This document shows, piece after piece, positions 1 through 10,711 of a stretch of 64,000 nucleotides of DNA. Under the pieces are notes generated by a model. It was not told the origin of the DNA, did not search any database, and saw nothing but the letters and a program-made list of their open reading frames with translations. The translations under genes and the position numbers were made by a program. How positions within the stretch are numbered: the first letter of the stretch is position 1; each line of letters begins with the position of its first letter. Origin of the DNA: Terriglobia bacterium (GTDB taxonomy: Bacteria > Acidobacteriota > Terriglobia > 20CM-2-55-15); assembly GCA_963664115.2 (NCBI GenBank), contig CAXWPJ010000010.1, positions 320,001 through 384,000 on the forward strand, written 5' to 3'.

Positions 1-281
1 CGATTCACGAACATCCTGTCTTCAAGAATGAGCAGATGGGCATCGATCAGAGTTGTCGAGTCGCCACCGTGGGACTGCTCCAACTTAAGCTGCATCTTTC
101 CCAACTGCGAGCGGGATTTCTCTATCGAACGCCGGAAATTCTCTACATGGGAGTCGACCTCCTCAGCTTCCAAAGAGTAATTGAGCGTAACCAACTCCGG
201 GTCCCACGCCGTTACCGCGTGGCCGAACGCGATCCCCGGGGACGCTGCAATACCTTCCAGTTTCCGTTCCACACCGGTCAT
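1..281 (-). CDS. ptsI: Phosphoenolpyruvate-protein phosphotransferase (PTS enzyme I), N-terminal part; runs off the window edge
   Basis: Manual translation MTGVERKLEGIAASPGIAFG...LIDAHLLILEDRMF matches the EI N-terminus; follows HPr. Confidence 0.85.
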   Translation of the reverse strand, partial: MTGVERKLEGIAASPGIAFGHAVTAWDPELVTLNYSLEAEEVDSHVENFRRSIEKSRSQLGKMQLKLEQSHGGDSTTLIDAHLLILEDRMFVN

Positions 282-305
282 AGTTGAGCCTGTCCGATTT
301 AACGC

Positions 306-569
306 TTACCCTTTCAGGTAGTCGCAAATGGCATCCATTGCCAATTCCTCGTCTTCGCCCTCGGTCTGAACCCTGACCCGGGTTCCCTGGCTCGCCGCCA
401 GGAGTAATATCGCCAGGATGCTCCTGGCGTCCGCGGGCTCACTTCGATTTTTATCGGCCCGGGAAATGCTGATTTCTGAGTGGAACTGTCCTGAAAGTCG
501 CACCAGCTTGGCTGAAGCGCGCGCGTGCAAGCCCAACCTATGGCCAATGACAACTTCGCGTGTTGTCAT
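306..569 (-). CDS. ptsH: HPr phosphocarrier protein
   Basis: GLHARAS (His15) motif and ARSILAILLLAA (Ser46 region). Confidence 0.95.
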   Translation of the reverse strand: MTTREVVIGHRLGLHARASAKLVRLSGQFHSEISISRADKNRSEPADARSILAILLLAASQGTRVRVQTEGEDEELAMDAICDYLKG

Positions 570-976
570 GATTCGGATCGGGGAGAGAGCAGCTTGCTGG
601 CGATGTAAATGTTGTTCTGCCCGTTCTCGCCCACCAACTTTGCCGCCTCAGCCAGATCGACCTCAGCTCCAATCTGAATGAGCTTAATGAGCATTGGCAG
701 GTTGACCCCCGTAACGACTTCGATCACACCCTCGTCCAGAAAAGTCGATGCGATATTGGTAGGCGTGCCGCCAAACATGTCGGTCAGTACCAACACACCG
801 GACCCGGTATCCACACGCCGGATAGCCTTTTCCACCATGGACGATGCCATGGCTACGTCGTCGTGCCAACCGATCGACACTGCGGCAACGTTTTGAATAT
901 CGCCAACGATCGCTTCAGCCGCATTCAGCAGCTCGATCGCGAGCCTGCCATGAGTCACGATAAGGCCGCCAATCAT
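566..976 (-). CDS. PTS mannose/fructose-type EIIA component
   Basis: LIVTHGRLA, LTDMFGGTPTN and GVNLPML motifs. Confidence 0.92.
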   Translation of the reverse strand: MIGGLIVTHGRLAIELLNAAEAIVGDIQNVAAVSIGWHDDVAMASSMVEKAIRRVDTGSGVLVLTDMFGGTPTNIASTFLDEGVIEVVTGVNLPMLIKLIQIGAEVDLAEAAKLVGENGQNNIYIASKLLSPRSES

Positions 977-1042
977 GGCTCGATTCTAACACTTATTGCC
1001 ACCGCACTAGCCCAACGCAAGGCTGACTGCAACGGTGATCTT

Positions 1043-1134
1043 TCAACACAAAGACACGAAGTTCACGAAGTTTTTGTCTTCATACCTAATAACCTTCGCG
1101 AACTTTCGTTAACCTTCGTTCTCTTCATGTAGAG
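1043..1134. repeat. Family-B palindromic repeat (AACACGAAG...CTTCGTGTT type), degenerate copy
   Basis: ACGAAG subunits on the left and CTTCG subunits on the right; similar to 9326-9424 and 36903-36986. Confidence 0.6.
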
Positions 1135-1138
1135 ATCT

Positions 1139-1999
1139 TTATTTTTCGATGTCGCGATGGATTATTTTCAGGCGGCGTTTGGGGTCGGCCAGCGACGCAG
1201 CTTCATTGACGATCATCACAGAGCGGTGGCGGCCACCGGTACAGCCGATCGCGATAGTCAGGTAGGATTTGCCTTCCTTCTCAAACTGGGGCAGGAGGAA
1301 GTTCATCATCGATTCCAGGTGCTCAAGAAAATCTCGTGTGGTCTCATGGCCCTTCATGAATTCGACCACCGGCTGGTCGGAACCCGTCATAGTCTTCAAA
1401 TCGGGAACGAAGTAAGGGTTGGGAAGGAACCGGACATCAAAGACCATATCGGCATCGATTGGAATCCCGTACTTATACCCGAAGCTGACCAAGGTAATGA
1501 GGAGAGGCACTGGGCCCTGCTCCGCAAACAACCGGTCCGCATGAGTCCGGAGTTCGTGAATAGAAAAGTGGGAAGTATCGACAACATGGTCGGCCATCGC
1601 CCGGATTGGAGCGAGTTGCTCCCGCTCCAGAGGAATTGCTTCCCGAACCGGGCGCGTCGAATCGTATGGGTGGGGCCGGCGGGTTTCGCTGTATCGGCGC
1701 ACCAATGCATCATCGGAAGCATCCAGAAAGTACAGCGACACGGCGAGGCCCGGAGTCGCTTTCAGGTGTTGATAAACATCGGGAAACGTGGCCAGGACCT
1801 CGCCTTCACGCACATCGACAACGAGCGCGCCACGCGGCACCTCTTCGTCTGATTTGAGAAGCAGTTCAGAAAATTTCGTCAGAAGTCCGACCGGCAGGTT
1901 GTCGACACAGAAATAGCCACGGTCTTCAAGGGCTCTCAGCAGAGTTCCCTTTCCGGCGCCGCTCGGCCCGGTGATGATGACGAGAGATGAGCCCTGCAT
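1139..1999 (-). CDS. rapZ: RNase adapter / P-loop NTPase RapZ
   Basis: GPSGAGK Walker A, DVRFLPNP and GCTGGRHRSV motifs. Confidence 0.95.
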   Translation of the reverse strand: MQGSSLVIITGPSGAGKGTLLRALEDRGYFCVDNLPVGLLTKFSELLLKSDEEVPRGALVVDVREGEVLATFPDVYQHLKATPGLAVSLYFLDASDDALVRRYSETRRPHPYDSTRPVREAIPLEREQLAPIRAMADHVVDTSHFSIHELRTHADRLFAEQGPVPLLITLVSFGYKYGIPIDADMVFDVRFLPNPYFVPDLKTMTGSDQPVVEFMKGHETTRDFLEHLESMMNFLLPQFEKEGKSYLTIAIGCTGGRHRSVMIVNEAASLADPKRRLKIIHRDIEK

Positions 2000-2104
2000 G
2001 TACGCAGATTAAATGACACGGATTCCACGATTTGTCACGGATTTCTCGAATCCTGGCCGTGGAATCTGAGGTGATTCGCCTAGCCCGCCGAACGATAGCC
2101 GCAG

Positions 2105-2322
2105 CTATTGATCCGGATCAATCCAGCCGAAGTTGCCGTCTTCTAGACCTACAAAGCGACGTTCAACCTGTCGGATTTGGAATTGCGGAACAAAAAGAAG
2201 CCCTTGTCCGATGCGGAATGTTCCGTAGCCGCATCATCAATCTCGAGTGGTTTAATTTCCGACTGGTCGGTTCGGTTGATTTCGGGAAAGCGCCTTACGA
2301 CTTCCGTGTCGACCTCCCCCAC
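2105..2322 (-). pseudogene. Decayed C-terminal domain of long-type HPF, downstream of the premature stop
   Basis: After the TAG at 2323-2325 the frame continues ...IKPLEIDDAA...GFFLFRNSKSDRLNV, then after a 1-nt shift EDGNFGWIDPDQ*. Confidence 0.7.
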
Positions 2323-2649
2323 CTACTCTGCATCAATTACGCGGGGATTCGCAGCAGTCCTGCGTTGCTTAAGGTACTTTGATTTAGACTTCTGCACCTG
2401 CTTCTCGAGTTTGTCCAGCACCGAGGCGATGGAGGTGTACAACTCACTGGTAGTGTCCGTGCAATTGTGAAAATCGTCGCGCGTCTTCAGATTCACTTCG
2501 GCGATGTACCTCTGATTGTTCTCGGAGGTCAGAATGAAATGGACATCTATTATGTCGGGCAGCGACCGCATCCGTTCCAGTCTATCCAACGCAAACTTTC
2601 GAATGGGTTCAGTAACTTCAACATGCCGTCCAGTAAACTCCACATTCAC
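2323..2649 (-). CDS. hpf: Ribosome hibernation promoting factor (N-terminal domain only)
   Basis: MNVEFTGRHVEVTEPIRKF...LYTSIASVLDKLEKQV; downstream of rpoN. Confidence 0.88.
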   Translation of the reverse strand: MNVEFTGRHVEVTEPIRKFALDRLERMRSLPDIIDVHFILTSENNQRYIAEVNLKTRDDFHNCTDTTSELYTSIASVLDKLEKQVQKSKSKYLKQRRTAANPRVIDAE

Positions 2650-2666
2650 AGAATTCTCTCCAGTTC

Positions 2667-4196
2667 TCAGATTCTCAATCTTCGTTGGTGGGTGCTGGGA
2701 ATCTTCAGATCTTCCCGGTACTTGGTGACGCTGCGGCGCGTAACCGAGATACCATCTTCCTGCAACAAAGCCGCAAGTTTCTCATCCGTGAGTGGTTTGT
2801 GGGCATCCTCACTCTCGACCAATCGCTTGACCTTCAATTTGACCAAGGTGAGGGATGTGTCCCGTCCGTTGGTGCCTTTGACAGCTTCAGAGAAAAAGAA
2901 TCGCAGCTCGCACACTCCCTGGGGTGTGTACGCAAACTTATTGGCGACAGCCCGGCTCACCGTCGACGGATGCACCCCCACTTCTTCAGCAACATCTTTG
3001 ATCATCATCGGTTGCAACGCATCGATTCCGTGATCCAGGAAATCATGCTGGTGTTTAACGATGGCCTCGCACACCTTGACGATGATGTTCTTCCGCTGTT
3101 CGATGTTCTTCAAAAGCTGGACCGCTGACTTGAACCGGTCTTTCACATAGTTACGAACTTCCTTATTGACCTCCGCTCCCTTCTGGAGCATTTTCCGATA
3201 CGTCTGGTTGAGTCGAAGTTGCGGAACTTCGTCCTCGTTAGCGACGACGGTATATTCGTTCCCTACTTTCACCAGATACACGTCCGGTTCAATATGCCGG
3301 GCGTCGGGCTTATTGTATTTCTGGCCAGGGCGTGGATCGAGGGTCTGGATGAGTTCCAGTGCAGCCAGAACCTCCGGCATCGGCCGGCCCAGCGCCTTGG
3401 CGATTTCTTTGTATTGATGGTTCTGAAGTTTCCGCAGATGATCGGTAACGATCCCCATAGCGGTCGAGTTGTCTTCAGCGAGAAGAGCAAGCTGGATGAG
3501 CAAACACTCCCGCAAATCCCGAGAACCGACACCAGGGGGATCGAAGCTCTGAACCCTCAGCAGCGCCTTTTCGACCGCTCCGATTGTGTGAGGACCCGAG
3601 ATCGCAATTTCCTTGAGAGAAATAGGAACTTCAACGCCCTTCTCGTTAACCCCGGCAAGATATCCGTCCTCATTGAGATTACCGATAATCGAGGCACAGG
3701 CCTCCCGCACATCCGTATCGATGACCACGAGACCCAACTGCCATTCCAGGTGATCGTTCAACGTGGACGGACGTGCCAGAAAGTTTTCGAAGGAAGGCCT
3801 TTCAAATACCTCTGTTTCCCGCGGTCGGGAAGCCCCGTCGCTGAGGTATTTCTCGAATTCCTGAAGATCGAAATCACGGAACTCGTCTTCCTCAGGGGCC
3901 TCGGGCTCGGGTTTTTCGACGGTCGGCTCCGCATTTTCCTCGCGTTGTTTCAGCAGTTCGTACTGCGCGTCGGCCCCATCCCCCGGCTCGGGATTTTCTT
4001 CGAGAGATTCAACTTCCTGCTCTTCGACAATTTCGGTAGCTTCCTCCAACACGGGGTTTTCCACAAGCTCTTCAGAAATCATGTCCACCAGTTCCAGCTT
4101 ATTAAGAGCAAGGAGGCTCACCATCTGGACCAGGCCCGGAGTGAGGACCTGTCTCTGGGTCGTTTTGAGGGCCAGCCTGTGTTCGAGATATGCCAT
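2667..4196 (-). CDS. rpoN: RNA polymerase sigma-54 factor
   Basis: HPSTVSRA HTH and RpoN-box-like RRSVTKYRE. Confidence 0.96.
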   Translation of the reverse strand: MAYLEHRLALKTTQRQVLTPGLVQMVSLLALNKLELVDMISEELVENPVLEEATEIVEEQEVESLEENPEPGDGADAQYELLKQREENAEPTVEKPEPEAPEEDEFRDFDLQEFEKYLSDGASRPRETEVFERPSFENFLARPSTLNDHLEWQLGLVVIDTDVREACASIIGNLNEDGYLAGVNEKGVEVPISLKEIAISGPHTIGAVEKALLRVQSFDPPGVGSRDLRECLLIQLALLAEDNSTAMGIVTDHLRKLQNHQYKEIAKALGRPMPEVLAALELIQTLDPRPGQKYNKPDARHIEPDVYLVKVGNEYTVVANEDEVPQLRLNQTYRKMLQKGAEVNKEVRNYVKDRFKSAVQLLKNIEQRKNIIVKVCEAIVKHQHDFLDHGIDALQPMMIKDVAEEVGVHPSTVSRAVANKFAYTPQGVCELRFFFSEAVKGTNGRDTSLTLVKLKVKRLVESEDAHKPLTDEKLAALLQEDGISVTRRSVTKYREDLKIPSTHQRRLRI

Positions 4197-4317
4197 AACT
4201 ATTTCAGACGGGACATAACTTCGGTCTTCCGGGGATGTTACGGGATGGACACGGTACTCCGCAAATCAGAAATCGCCACGTATCAGGAAAACTTACGGCG
4301 TCTCCACTCCCCGCAAC

Positions 4318-5043
4318 TCAATTCAAACTGAAATGCTCGCCCAAATAGACCCTCTTAACCTCTTCGTCGCTGCCCAGTTCGGCCGGAGTTCCGGAACGGA
4401 AGATTTTGCCGTCGTTAATGATATAAGCACGGTCGGTTACCTGCAAAGTCTCCCGGACATTGTGGTCCGTAATGAGGATACCGATCTGCTTGTTCTTGAG
4501 GTGCTGAATGATCTTCTGGATCTCAAGAACAGTGATTGGGTCGATTCCTGAGAAGGGTTCGTCCAACAGGATAAACTTCGGAGAAATCACGAGGGAACGG
4601 GCGATTTCGACCCTGCGGCGCTCGCCACCGGAGAGAGTGTCGGCCAGGTTCTTGCGAACATGCGTGATGCCGAACTCCTCAAGCAGTTCCTCCAAACGAT
4701 GACGCCGTTCCTGTCCTGACAGCGGGAGAGTCTCCAGAATCGCCATGAGGTTCGCCTCGACAGTCAGCTTACGGAACACCGAAGCTTCTTGTGGAAGATA
4801 GCTGATGCCGTTGCGCGCCCGGAGATACATCGGCAGCTCTGTGATGTCGTTTTCGGCCAAACGGACAGCTCCGGAATCGGGCTGGGTCAATCCAACGATA
4901 ATGTAGAAAGTCGTCGTCTTTCCGGCACCGTTCGGCCCAAGAAGACCGACCACCTCTCCCTGTGACACGCTGACATTCACATCGGACACGACAGTACGAT
5001 TCTTATAAGATTTTCGTATATTGACAGTTTCTAAAGCGGCCAT
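4318..5043 (-). CDS. lptB: LPS export ABC transporter ATPase
   Basis: [21 protein letters not shown] and [13 protein letters not shown] motifs; upstream of rpoN. Confidence 0.95.
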   Translation of the reverse strand: MAALETVNIRKSYKNRTVVSDVNVSVSQGEVVGLLGPNGAGKTTTFYIIVGLTQPDSGAVRLAENDITELPMYLRARNGISYLPQEASVFRKLTVEANLMAILETLPLSGQERRHRLEELLEEFGITHVRKNLADTLSGGERRRVEIARSLVISPKFILLDEPFSGIDPITVLEIQKIIQHLKNKQIGILITDHNVRETLQVTDRAYIINDGKIFRSGTPAELGSDEEVKRVYLGEHFSLN

Positions 5044-5048
5044 TGCCT

Positions 5049-7064
5049 TTAGTTGTTTACTACGCGCCGACTGACAACGCGGCAATCATCATCACTCTCC
5101 ACTGTGGCGTCTCTGGTTTCAACGTCGAGCACCAAACGGCATCCGCTGACGGCGCCATTGACAGAGTCTGAAACTTCCGCATCCTGCCCTGTCAGCGTAA
5201 TCGTCGCGCTCGAACGGACATAGATAGCGGCGTCGCCCCGGCCGTCAAATTCTGGCCCCTGAATACTCACATTTCCGGTCGCGACGACTTCGTCGGGTTC
5301 CCCGTCAATCAATCGTACTTGCAGGTCCGCGGCATGCAGTTCAACTTCGTCGAACACGGCGCGGACACCCCCAGAGTGATACAGAGTCCCGCCTTGTTCG
5401 TCGAATTCCATCCGGCCCGACCAGAAACGAAGATCATCGATCATCGAGACGACTTCGTCTGTCGCCACAAAACTGCGCCGCGTTGGATCGACATCGATCG
5501 TAGACGCGCTGACATGGGTATTGCCACTCCACAATTCTGCTGTTTCAGTAAAGGTGATCCGCGTTTCATTTCCTTCGGCCTGACCACTGAGGACCAAAAC
5601 GGGTTCTTCGCTATCGGTCCACAACGTTCGCACCGTTCCCACGGCTCGAAACGATCCATTCTCCTGATTGAGAAGGATCTCGGCGGCATTTACTTGAAAC
5701 GCAGCATCCTCTATTCTGGAATCACCTGCCATAAGAACCCGGCTCCCGCCTTCTTGAATTTCAATGCGTTGGGCAGATCCCGTCCTGCCGTCCTGTACAA
5801 ATTGAACATCGCCATTCTGAACGAGGCTGATCAACGTGCCTGTGTCCGGATCAAACTGAGCCTCGGTCCGGCCCCCTCGCAATAATCCGGCAGGCATCGC
5901 TATCGAGGCTGGTCGATCGGTCCGGAAAGTTATAACGTCCCCCTGTTGAACGACGAAATAGCTTCCGTCCAAACGGTATTCACCCAACTGCAATACGGAG
6001 TCTTCCGAGGTCGAGATCGCGCCCGAAAATTCGTTCCGAATCGACTGAGACTCAAGACGTTCTCCACCCTCGAGCCGCATCTGTCCGTTTCCCCGAGCCT
6101 CAACCGACTGAATGCGGCCCGACTCGTCAAAGGCCGCGTCAAGCGTGTCCCCAGTTAGCAGTCGAGCCGTTTCTCCCTCCAGAGATTCCAGAACCGCATG
6201 GCCATCGGCCCGGGCTCCGATCACTCGGCGCTGGGACATTCGGACGGCCAACTCGTTCGCCGTCAGCGTCAACAGGCTCGAAGGAACGGACAGTTGGGCC
6301 CGAACATCGCCTGAAATCCTTATCAGCCGCGGCTCCAGTGTCTGCGGATTCAATTCAATTTCCGCCTGGGAACCCGTAACTGTCCCCTGGGTGTTCGTCA
6401 TTCGCAATCCATCCGCCACCCGGATCAGGTTTGCATTCTGGTCATAACGAGCGGTTTCAGTTTCCAGAACAGCACCGTCAGCCATAACGATGCGGACGCT
6501 GCCGCTGACCTCAAGGACATTGTCTTCAATGTGGAGACTCATGCGATCTGCGCGGCCCTGGAATGCTCCTGGCCGCGCGATTTCGGTAGCGGACAAAGCC
6601 GTGATCGTCCGACTCTCGTGGCTGTAGGTCATGGCAGCAGTTCGGCCAGACGTGAGCCCATCCAACTGCATTTCCACGTTCCCGTCACACTGAATATTGT
6701 TGGTTCCCTCATCGTATCCACACCGGTCTCCGTGTATCCGGCGTTCGGGAATGAAATCGTCATCGCCATAGAGAACCACCGTCACATCTTCGAGCAGGTT
6801 CCGCCCGTCGGTAAATCCAAGGTTCGTGCGGGCCTCCACCGTAAAAGCCGTTCGTCCACCTTCGGTCTGCGAGAACTTGATCTCCTCGGCCAATTCCGAA
6901 ACGTTTTCAACCAACTTTGGCGGGGGTGGCAGGCGGGCAGGATCGTCGCTCGAACGGTCTAGATAGTTCCAGATGGTGACGCTCATCAAGGCGAGGAGGA
7001 CAACCGGAATCGTGACCCTCAACACACGCACCACGTGGTACGCGTGAATCCTCTCCAAACGCAT
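5049..7064 (-). CDS. LptC/LptA (OstA-like beta-jellyroll) multidomain LPS transport protein
   Basis: N-terminal TM anchor, repeated beta-strand segments (ATGNV-like), adjacent to lptB. Confidence 0.7.
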   Translation of the reverse strand: MRLERIHAYHVVRVLRVTIPVVLLALMSVTIWNYLDRSSDDPARLPPPPKLVENVSELAEEIKFSQTEGGRTAFTVEARTNLGFTDGRNLLEDVTVVLYGDDDFIPERRIHGDRCGYDEGTNNIQCDGNVEMQLDGLTSGRTAAMTYSHESRTITALSATEIARPGAFQGRADRMSLHIEDNVLEVSGSVRIVMADGAVLETETARYDQNANLIRVADGLRMTNTQGTVTGSQAEIELNPQTLEPRLIRISGDVRAQLSVPSSLLTLTANELAVRMSQRRVIGARADGHAVLESLEGETARLLTGDTLDAAFDESGRIQSVEARGNGQMRLEGGERLESQSIRNEFSGAISTSEDSVLQLGEYRLDGSYFVVQQGDVITFRTDRPASIAMPAGLLRGGRTEAQFDPDTGTLISLVQNGDVQFVQDGRTGSAQRIEIQEGGSRVLMAGDSRIEDAAFQVNAAEILLNQENGSFRAVGTVRTLWTDSEEPVLVLSGQAEGNETRITFTETAELWSGNTHVSASTIDVDPTRRSFVATDEVVSMIDDLRFWSGRMEFDEQGGTLYHSGGVRAVFDEVELHAADLQVRLIDGEPDEVVATGNVSIQGPEFDGRGDAAIYVRSSATITLTGQDAEVSDSVNGAVSGCRLVLDVETRDATVESDDDCRVVSRRVVNN

Positions 7065-7099
7065 GTTCAGATCGTATCATGTAAGGAAGGAAGAGGGAT

Positions 7100-7551
7100 T
7101 CACCGCAAAGACGCAAAGGGTAGGAAGGAATAGCTTGTCTGAGATTCGGCGGGATGAACTCTGCTGGATTCGCAATCACAGTGTCGCTAAGCCATCTATT
7201 TGTGATTGAAAGAGGCACCGGCAAGGCAATCTGCCAGATTGCAAGTTCGTGAGATCGGATTTCGCTCGGTCGTTCAATCGGCTGACCATCTCTGTCGCGT
7301 TCCACGCGTGGGCCGAACGACCGTCGACCCTCTCCATCATCCTGATGGAGAGGCTTATTGGGAATTACGGGATGTCGTAGAAACTGGTCCCAGACAAAAC
7401 CCGCAGCGATCCTCGCTGCGGGTGAACAACGAGGCGGAAGCCGAGGCGTTTAGGGTAATAAGATAATTGGATCAATCAAGCGACATCGCTCGGGCGACAT
7501 TGACGACGGACACAAGTCTATCTCTTCTTGACCTTTGCGCCTTTGCGGTAA
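7100..7551. repeat. Family-A inverted-repeat element copy 1, expanded by a nested structured element
   Basis: TCACCGCAAAGACGCAAAG ... CTTTGCGCCTTTGCGGTA termini. Confidence 0.8.
7258..7449. ncRNA. Multi-hairpin structured element copy A (TCC loops on +, GGA loops on -)
   Basis: Homologous to 13757-13936 and 19931-20096 with compensatory stem changes; may instead be a DNA element. Confidence 0.6.
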
Positions 7552-7561
7552 AAATCCCGAT

Positions 7562-9286
7562 CTACTCGTTGTTCACGAAAACATCGAGTTCCGCCCCCAG
7601 GTCCCGGGCGGAAGGTGTGACTATCGTTTGGGCGTCGATGATGATCTTGATATTGGCGGCGGCAGCGGTGCGGACGTCATCTTCACTGACGAACTCCGCA
7701 GGAGTCGGAGGTGCGGAAAGCGGCGTTGCTACCGATGGCTCCAACTGCTCGTAGTTCGCCAGCGGAGGCGCTGTAGCCACCGGTTCGGGCGATACCGCCG
7801 CTTGCCCGACTGCGGCTTCCGAGCGCCTGCTTGGAGTTTTCCTCTCCAGCCAGCTATCGACAATTGACGCAATTTCGCCCCGCTCGATCGATACCGGCTG
7901 CGGGGGTTCGGGCACCTTGACCCCAGAATCCGTCGATTCCACCTCACGAACGCCGAAAGCGACACGCTTCAGGTTGATCAGATGCAGCGGTGAAATGTTG
8001 TCTGAGGTGATGTTGCCCCCAAAGGCCCCACAGCCCAGAGTCATCGAAGGAAAGAGATTCGTCGTGTAGCCGACGGCACCGAGTGCTGCCGGCGTGTTCA
8101 CACAGATACGATAGGCGGGCTTTTGCAGTGCAAATTGGCGGATGATTGCATCGTCAGTCGAATGCAAACCCAGCGTATGCCCCAAGCCTCCAAAATTCAG
8201 GATGTCCATGCACTGCTGACATCCTTCTCTCCAGTCCTTGACGCTGTAAAACCCGAGCACCGGGGAGAGCTTTTCCATTGAAAGCGGGTGTTGGCGCCCG
8301 ACACCCCGGGCCATTCCAACCAGTGCACGCGTCGCGGGAGGAACCTCGATACCGGCCATCTCCGCAATGCGCGTTGCGGATTGCCCGACAATATTGATGT
8401 TGAGAGTCCCTGCGGGCGTCTGAATCGCGCTCCCGAGCTGCTGGCTTTCGGCATCGCTACACACGTAGGCGCCCTGCAAACCCAGTTGGGCGAGGACCTC
8501 GTCGCGGATCGCATCGTCCACGATCAAGCTTTGCTCGGAAGAGCACAGCGTACCGTTGTCAAAGCACTTACCGGTCAGAACGTGAGCGACGGCACGCGCC
8601 ACGTCCGCAGACTGCTCGATATACGCGGGGACGTTACCGGGGCCGACACCAAAGGCCGGCTTGCCCGCGCTGTAAGCGGCCTGAACAAGCCCCGGCCCAC
8701 CGGTTGCCAGTATTACGGCAGTCTGGGGGTTCTTCATCAGCTCATGGGTCCCCTCCAGAGTCGGCGTTTCCATTGAAGACAGTACTCCCGGCGGGGCCCC
8801 GGCCTCTTCAGCCGCCTCACGAAGGATTCGCACCGTTTCATTAATCGATCGGACGGCTGCTGGGTGCGGACTGAAGACGATCGCGTTGCGGCCTTTCAAG
8901 GCAATCAGTGCTTTGTAGATCGTGGTCGAGGTTGGATTTGTCGAAGGAATAATCCCGGCGATCACACCAACGGGGCTGGCGACTTCTATGATCTTCTTCT
9001 CTTCGTCTTCGCTGACGATTCCGACCGTCTTCAGGGGTCGGATCGCAGCGTAAACGTCACGCGCGCAGAATAGATTCTTGAGGGTCTTGTCCTCAACTCG
9101 ACCGAAGCCGGTTTCCTCCACTGCCATTTCAGCAAGAGCGCGGGCATGGGCAATGCCCGCGCGAGACATGGCCTCAAGGATAGTTTCGACCTGCTCTTCG
9201 GAGAACTCTTCAAACGTCTTCCAGGCCGTGTGAGCTGAGGCGACGAGTCGTCGCGCTTCCTGTATGGATTGAAGATCTTTGTCCAT
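7562..9286 (-). CDS. Acylating aldehyde dehydrogenase (EutE/PduP-like, BMC-associated)
   Basis: PSTNPTST, ATGG, GVGPGN, FDNGTLCSSEQ and EKLSPVL motifs; C-terminal extension; next to a BMC shell gene. Confidence 0.9.
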   Translation of the reverse strand: MDKDLQSIQEARRLVASAHTAWKTFEEFSEEQVETILEAMSRAGIAHARALAEMAVEETGFGRVEDKTLKNLFCARDVYAAIRPLKTVGIVSEDEEKKIIEVASPVGVIAGIIPSTNPTSTTIYKALIALKGRNAIVFSPHPAAVRSINETVRILREAAEEAGAPPGVLSSMETPTLEGTHELMKNPQTAVILATGGPGLVQAAYSAGKPAFGVGPGNVPAYIEQSADVARAVAHVLTGKCFDNGTLCSSEQSLIVDDAIRDEVLAQLGLQGAYVCSDAESQQLGSAIQTPAGTLNINIVGQSATRIAEMAGIEVPPATRALVGMARGVGRQHPLSMEKLSPVLGFYSVKDWREGCQQCMDILNFGGLGHTLGLHSTDDAIIRQFALQKPAYRICVNTPAALGAVGYTTNLFPSMTLGCGAFGGNITSDNISPLHLINLKRVAFGVREVESTDSGVKVPEPPQPVSIERGEIASIVDSWLERKTPSRRSEAAVGQAAVSPEPVATAPPLANYEQLEPSVATPLSAPPTPAEFVSEDDVRTAAAANIKIIIDAQTIVTPSARDLGAELDVFVNNE

Positions 9287-9325
9287 TGCATTGCTTGCAG
9301 AAGATCGACCTAAGCGAACTTATTT

Positions 9326-9424
9326 TTCAACACGAAGGTAACGAAGAAGACGGAGGGCCACGAAGAACCTGAAACAATACAGATGATATACCCGGACTAG
9401 ATTAACTTCGTGTCTTCTTGTTAA
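9326..9424. repeat. Family-B palindromic repeat
   Basis: TTCAACACGAAGGTAACGAAG ... CTTCGTGTCTTCTTGTTAA. Confidence 0.65.
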
Positions 9425-9436
9425 AAAGAACGGACT

Positions 9437-9739
9437 TTAAGCCTTCGGCACGTCTGTCGATTGTCTTCCAATCAGCTCGCCCACATCCCCGTATGGCATC
9501 GCAATAACGTGGACACTGACAAGTTCGCCCACCCTCCGGGCTGCGGCAGCACCTGCATCCGTTGCGGCCTTGACGGCGCCCACGTCCCCACGCACCCATA
9601 CGGCAACATAGCCGTTTAAGAGATACTCCTTGCCTTGGAGCGACACATTTGCGGCCTTCAGCATGGCATCGGAAGCCTCTATGGCACCCGTAAAACCAAT
9701 AGTTTCAATTAGACCGAGTGCTTCGCTGATTTCGCCCAA
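9437..9739 (-). CDS. Bacterial microcompartment hexameric shell protein (BMC-H, EutM/PduA-like)
   Basis: EALGLIET...[14 protein letters not shown]...[13 protein letters not shown]...VHVI. Confidence 0.92.
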   Translation of the reverse strand: MGEISEALGLIETIGFTGAIEASDAMLKAANVSLQGKEYLLNGYVAVWVRGDVGAVKAATDAGAAAARRVGELVSVHVIAMPYGDVGELIGRQSTDVPKA

Positions 9740-9901
9740 GGGAATGCGCCTTCAATTTTCATGCGATGAAACGATTCTTTCGCCTGACGGCCTCGCGGCC
9801 GCGGGTACGGTAGCAGAAACTATAAACAAAAGCAATTGACTCCTAAGTGTCTAATTTATAAGATCCTTGCTACCCACTGATACAGGAGTATTCGCGCAGA
9901 C

Positions 9902-10705
9902 ATGTCAGGGTTCGGAAACAGCTTCAAGTCAGCACGCGAGTCGCAAGGCCTCAAGCTGGAAGAGATTGCGCAGGAAACGCGCATTAGCGCGCGTTTTTTG
10001 CGTGCCATTGAGGAAGAGAAGTTTCGCGACCTGCCGGGCGGCCTGTTCAATCGGGGCTTCATTCGCACGTACGCCAAACGCCTTGGAATAGACGCGGAGC
10101 AAAGCGTCTCCGAATACAAAGCACTCGTTAAAGAAGCTAACACGGACGAATCGGAACAGATGTCTAAGGTCTCCCTGGAGAATTCAGAGGGCCACGTACT
10201 GCCGATCGCTATTGGCACTCTTGTTGTACTCGTGGTTCTGTTCTACGTGTTTGCGAGCGACCCCGGGGTGCCAACCGAAGCGGCCGCCCCTCGGCTCGAG
10301 GAAAGCGAGGTTTTGGCGAGGAGAGAACCGGCACCAATCCCACAAGTTGCCCCGGAAACGCTCGAGCGCATAAACCTCCCCGCTCGGATTGCAACCCCGG
10401 CCTCCCCGACAGCACAAACAGAGCTTACGGACAACGCCACCGGTTTTGACGTGCGGATCGACGTCCACAACGATACGTGGGTCTCCGTGCAATCCGACGG
10501 AGAAGCGGTCGTCGAAGGCGTCATTCTGGGAGCCGGCACAACGCGACGATACTCGGCCATCGAAGCACTGGAATTGACGATCGGCAACGCCGCGGGACTG
10601 ACACTGAGTATTAACGGCCGCGAAGTTCCCACCCTGGGCCGCGACGGGCAAGTCCGCATCCTCACGATCACCCCCAACAACATCGAACGCCTCACCGGCA
10701 GTTAA
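9902..10705 (+). CDS. rodZ: RodZ-like protein (HTH, TM, DUF4115-type domain)
   Basis: N-terminal HTH with LRAIEE..LPGGLFNRGFIRTYA, one TM, C-terminal IGNAAG. Confidence 0.85.
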   Translation: MSGFGNSFKSARESQGLKLEEIAQETRISARFLRAIEEEKFRDLPGGLFNRGFIRTYAKRLGIDAEQSVSEYKALVKEANTDESEQMSKVSLENSEGHVLPIAIGTLVVLVVLFYVFASDPGVPTEAAAPRLEESEVLARREPAPIPQVAPETLERINLPARIATPASPTAQTELTDNATGFDVRIDVHNDTWVSVQSDGEAVVEGVILGAGTTRRYSAIEALELTIGNAAGLTLSINGREVPTLGRDGQVRILTITPNNIERLTGS

Positions 10706-10711
10706 GCCCTC

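Noticed and set aside
7330-7400. Hammerhead ribozyme in the structured element (CTGATG...GAAAC)
   Set aside because: The core would need unpaired CUGAnGA; here CTGATGG is paired within a stem and GAAAC is missing from copy C.
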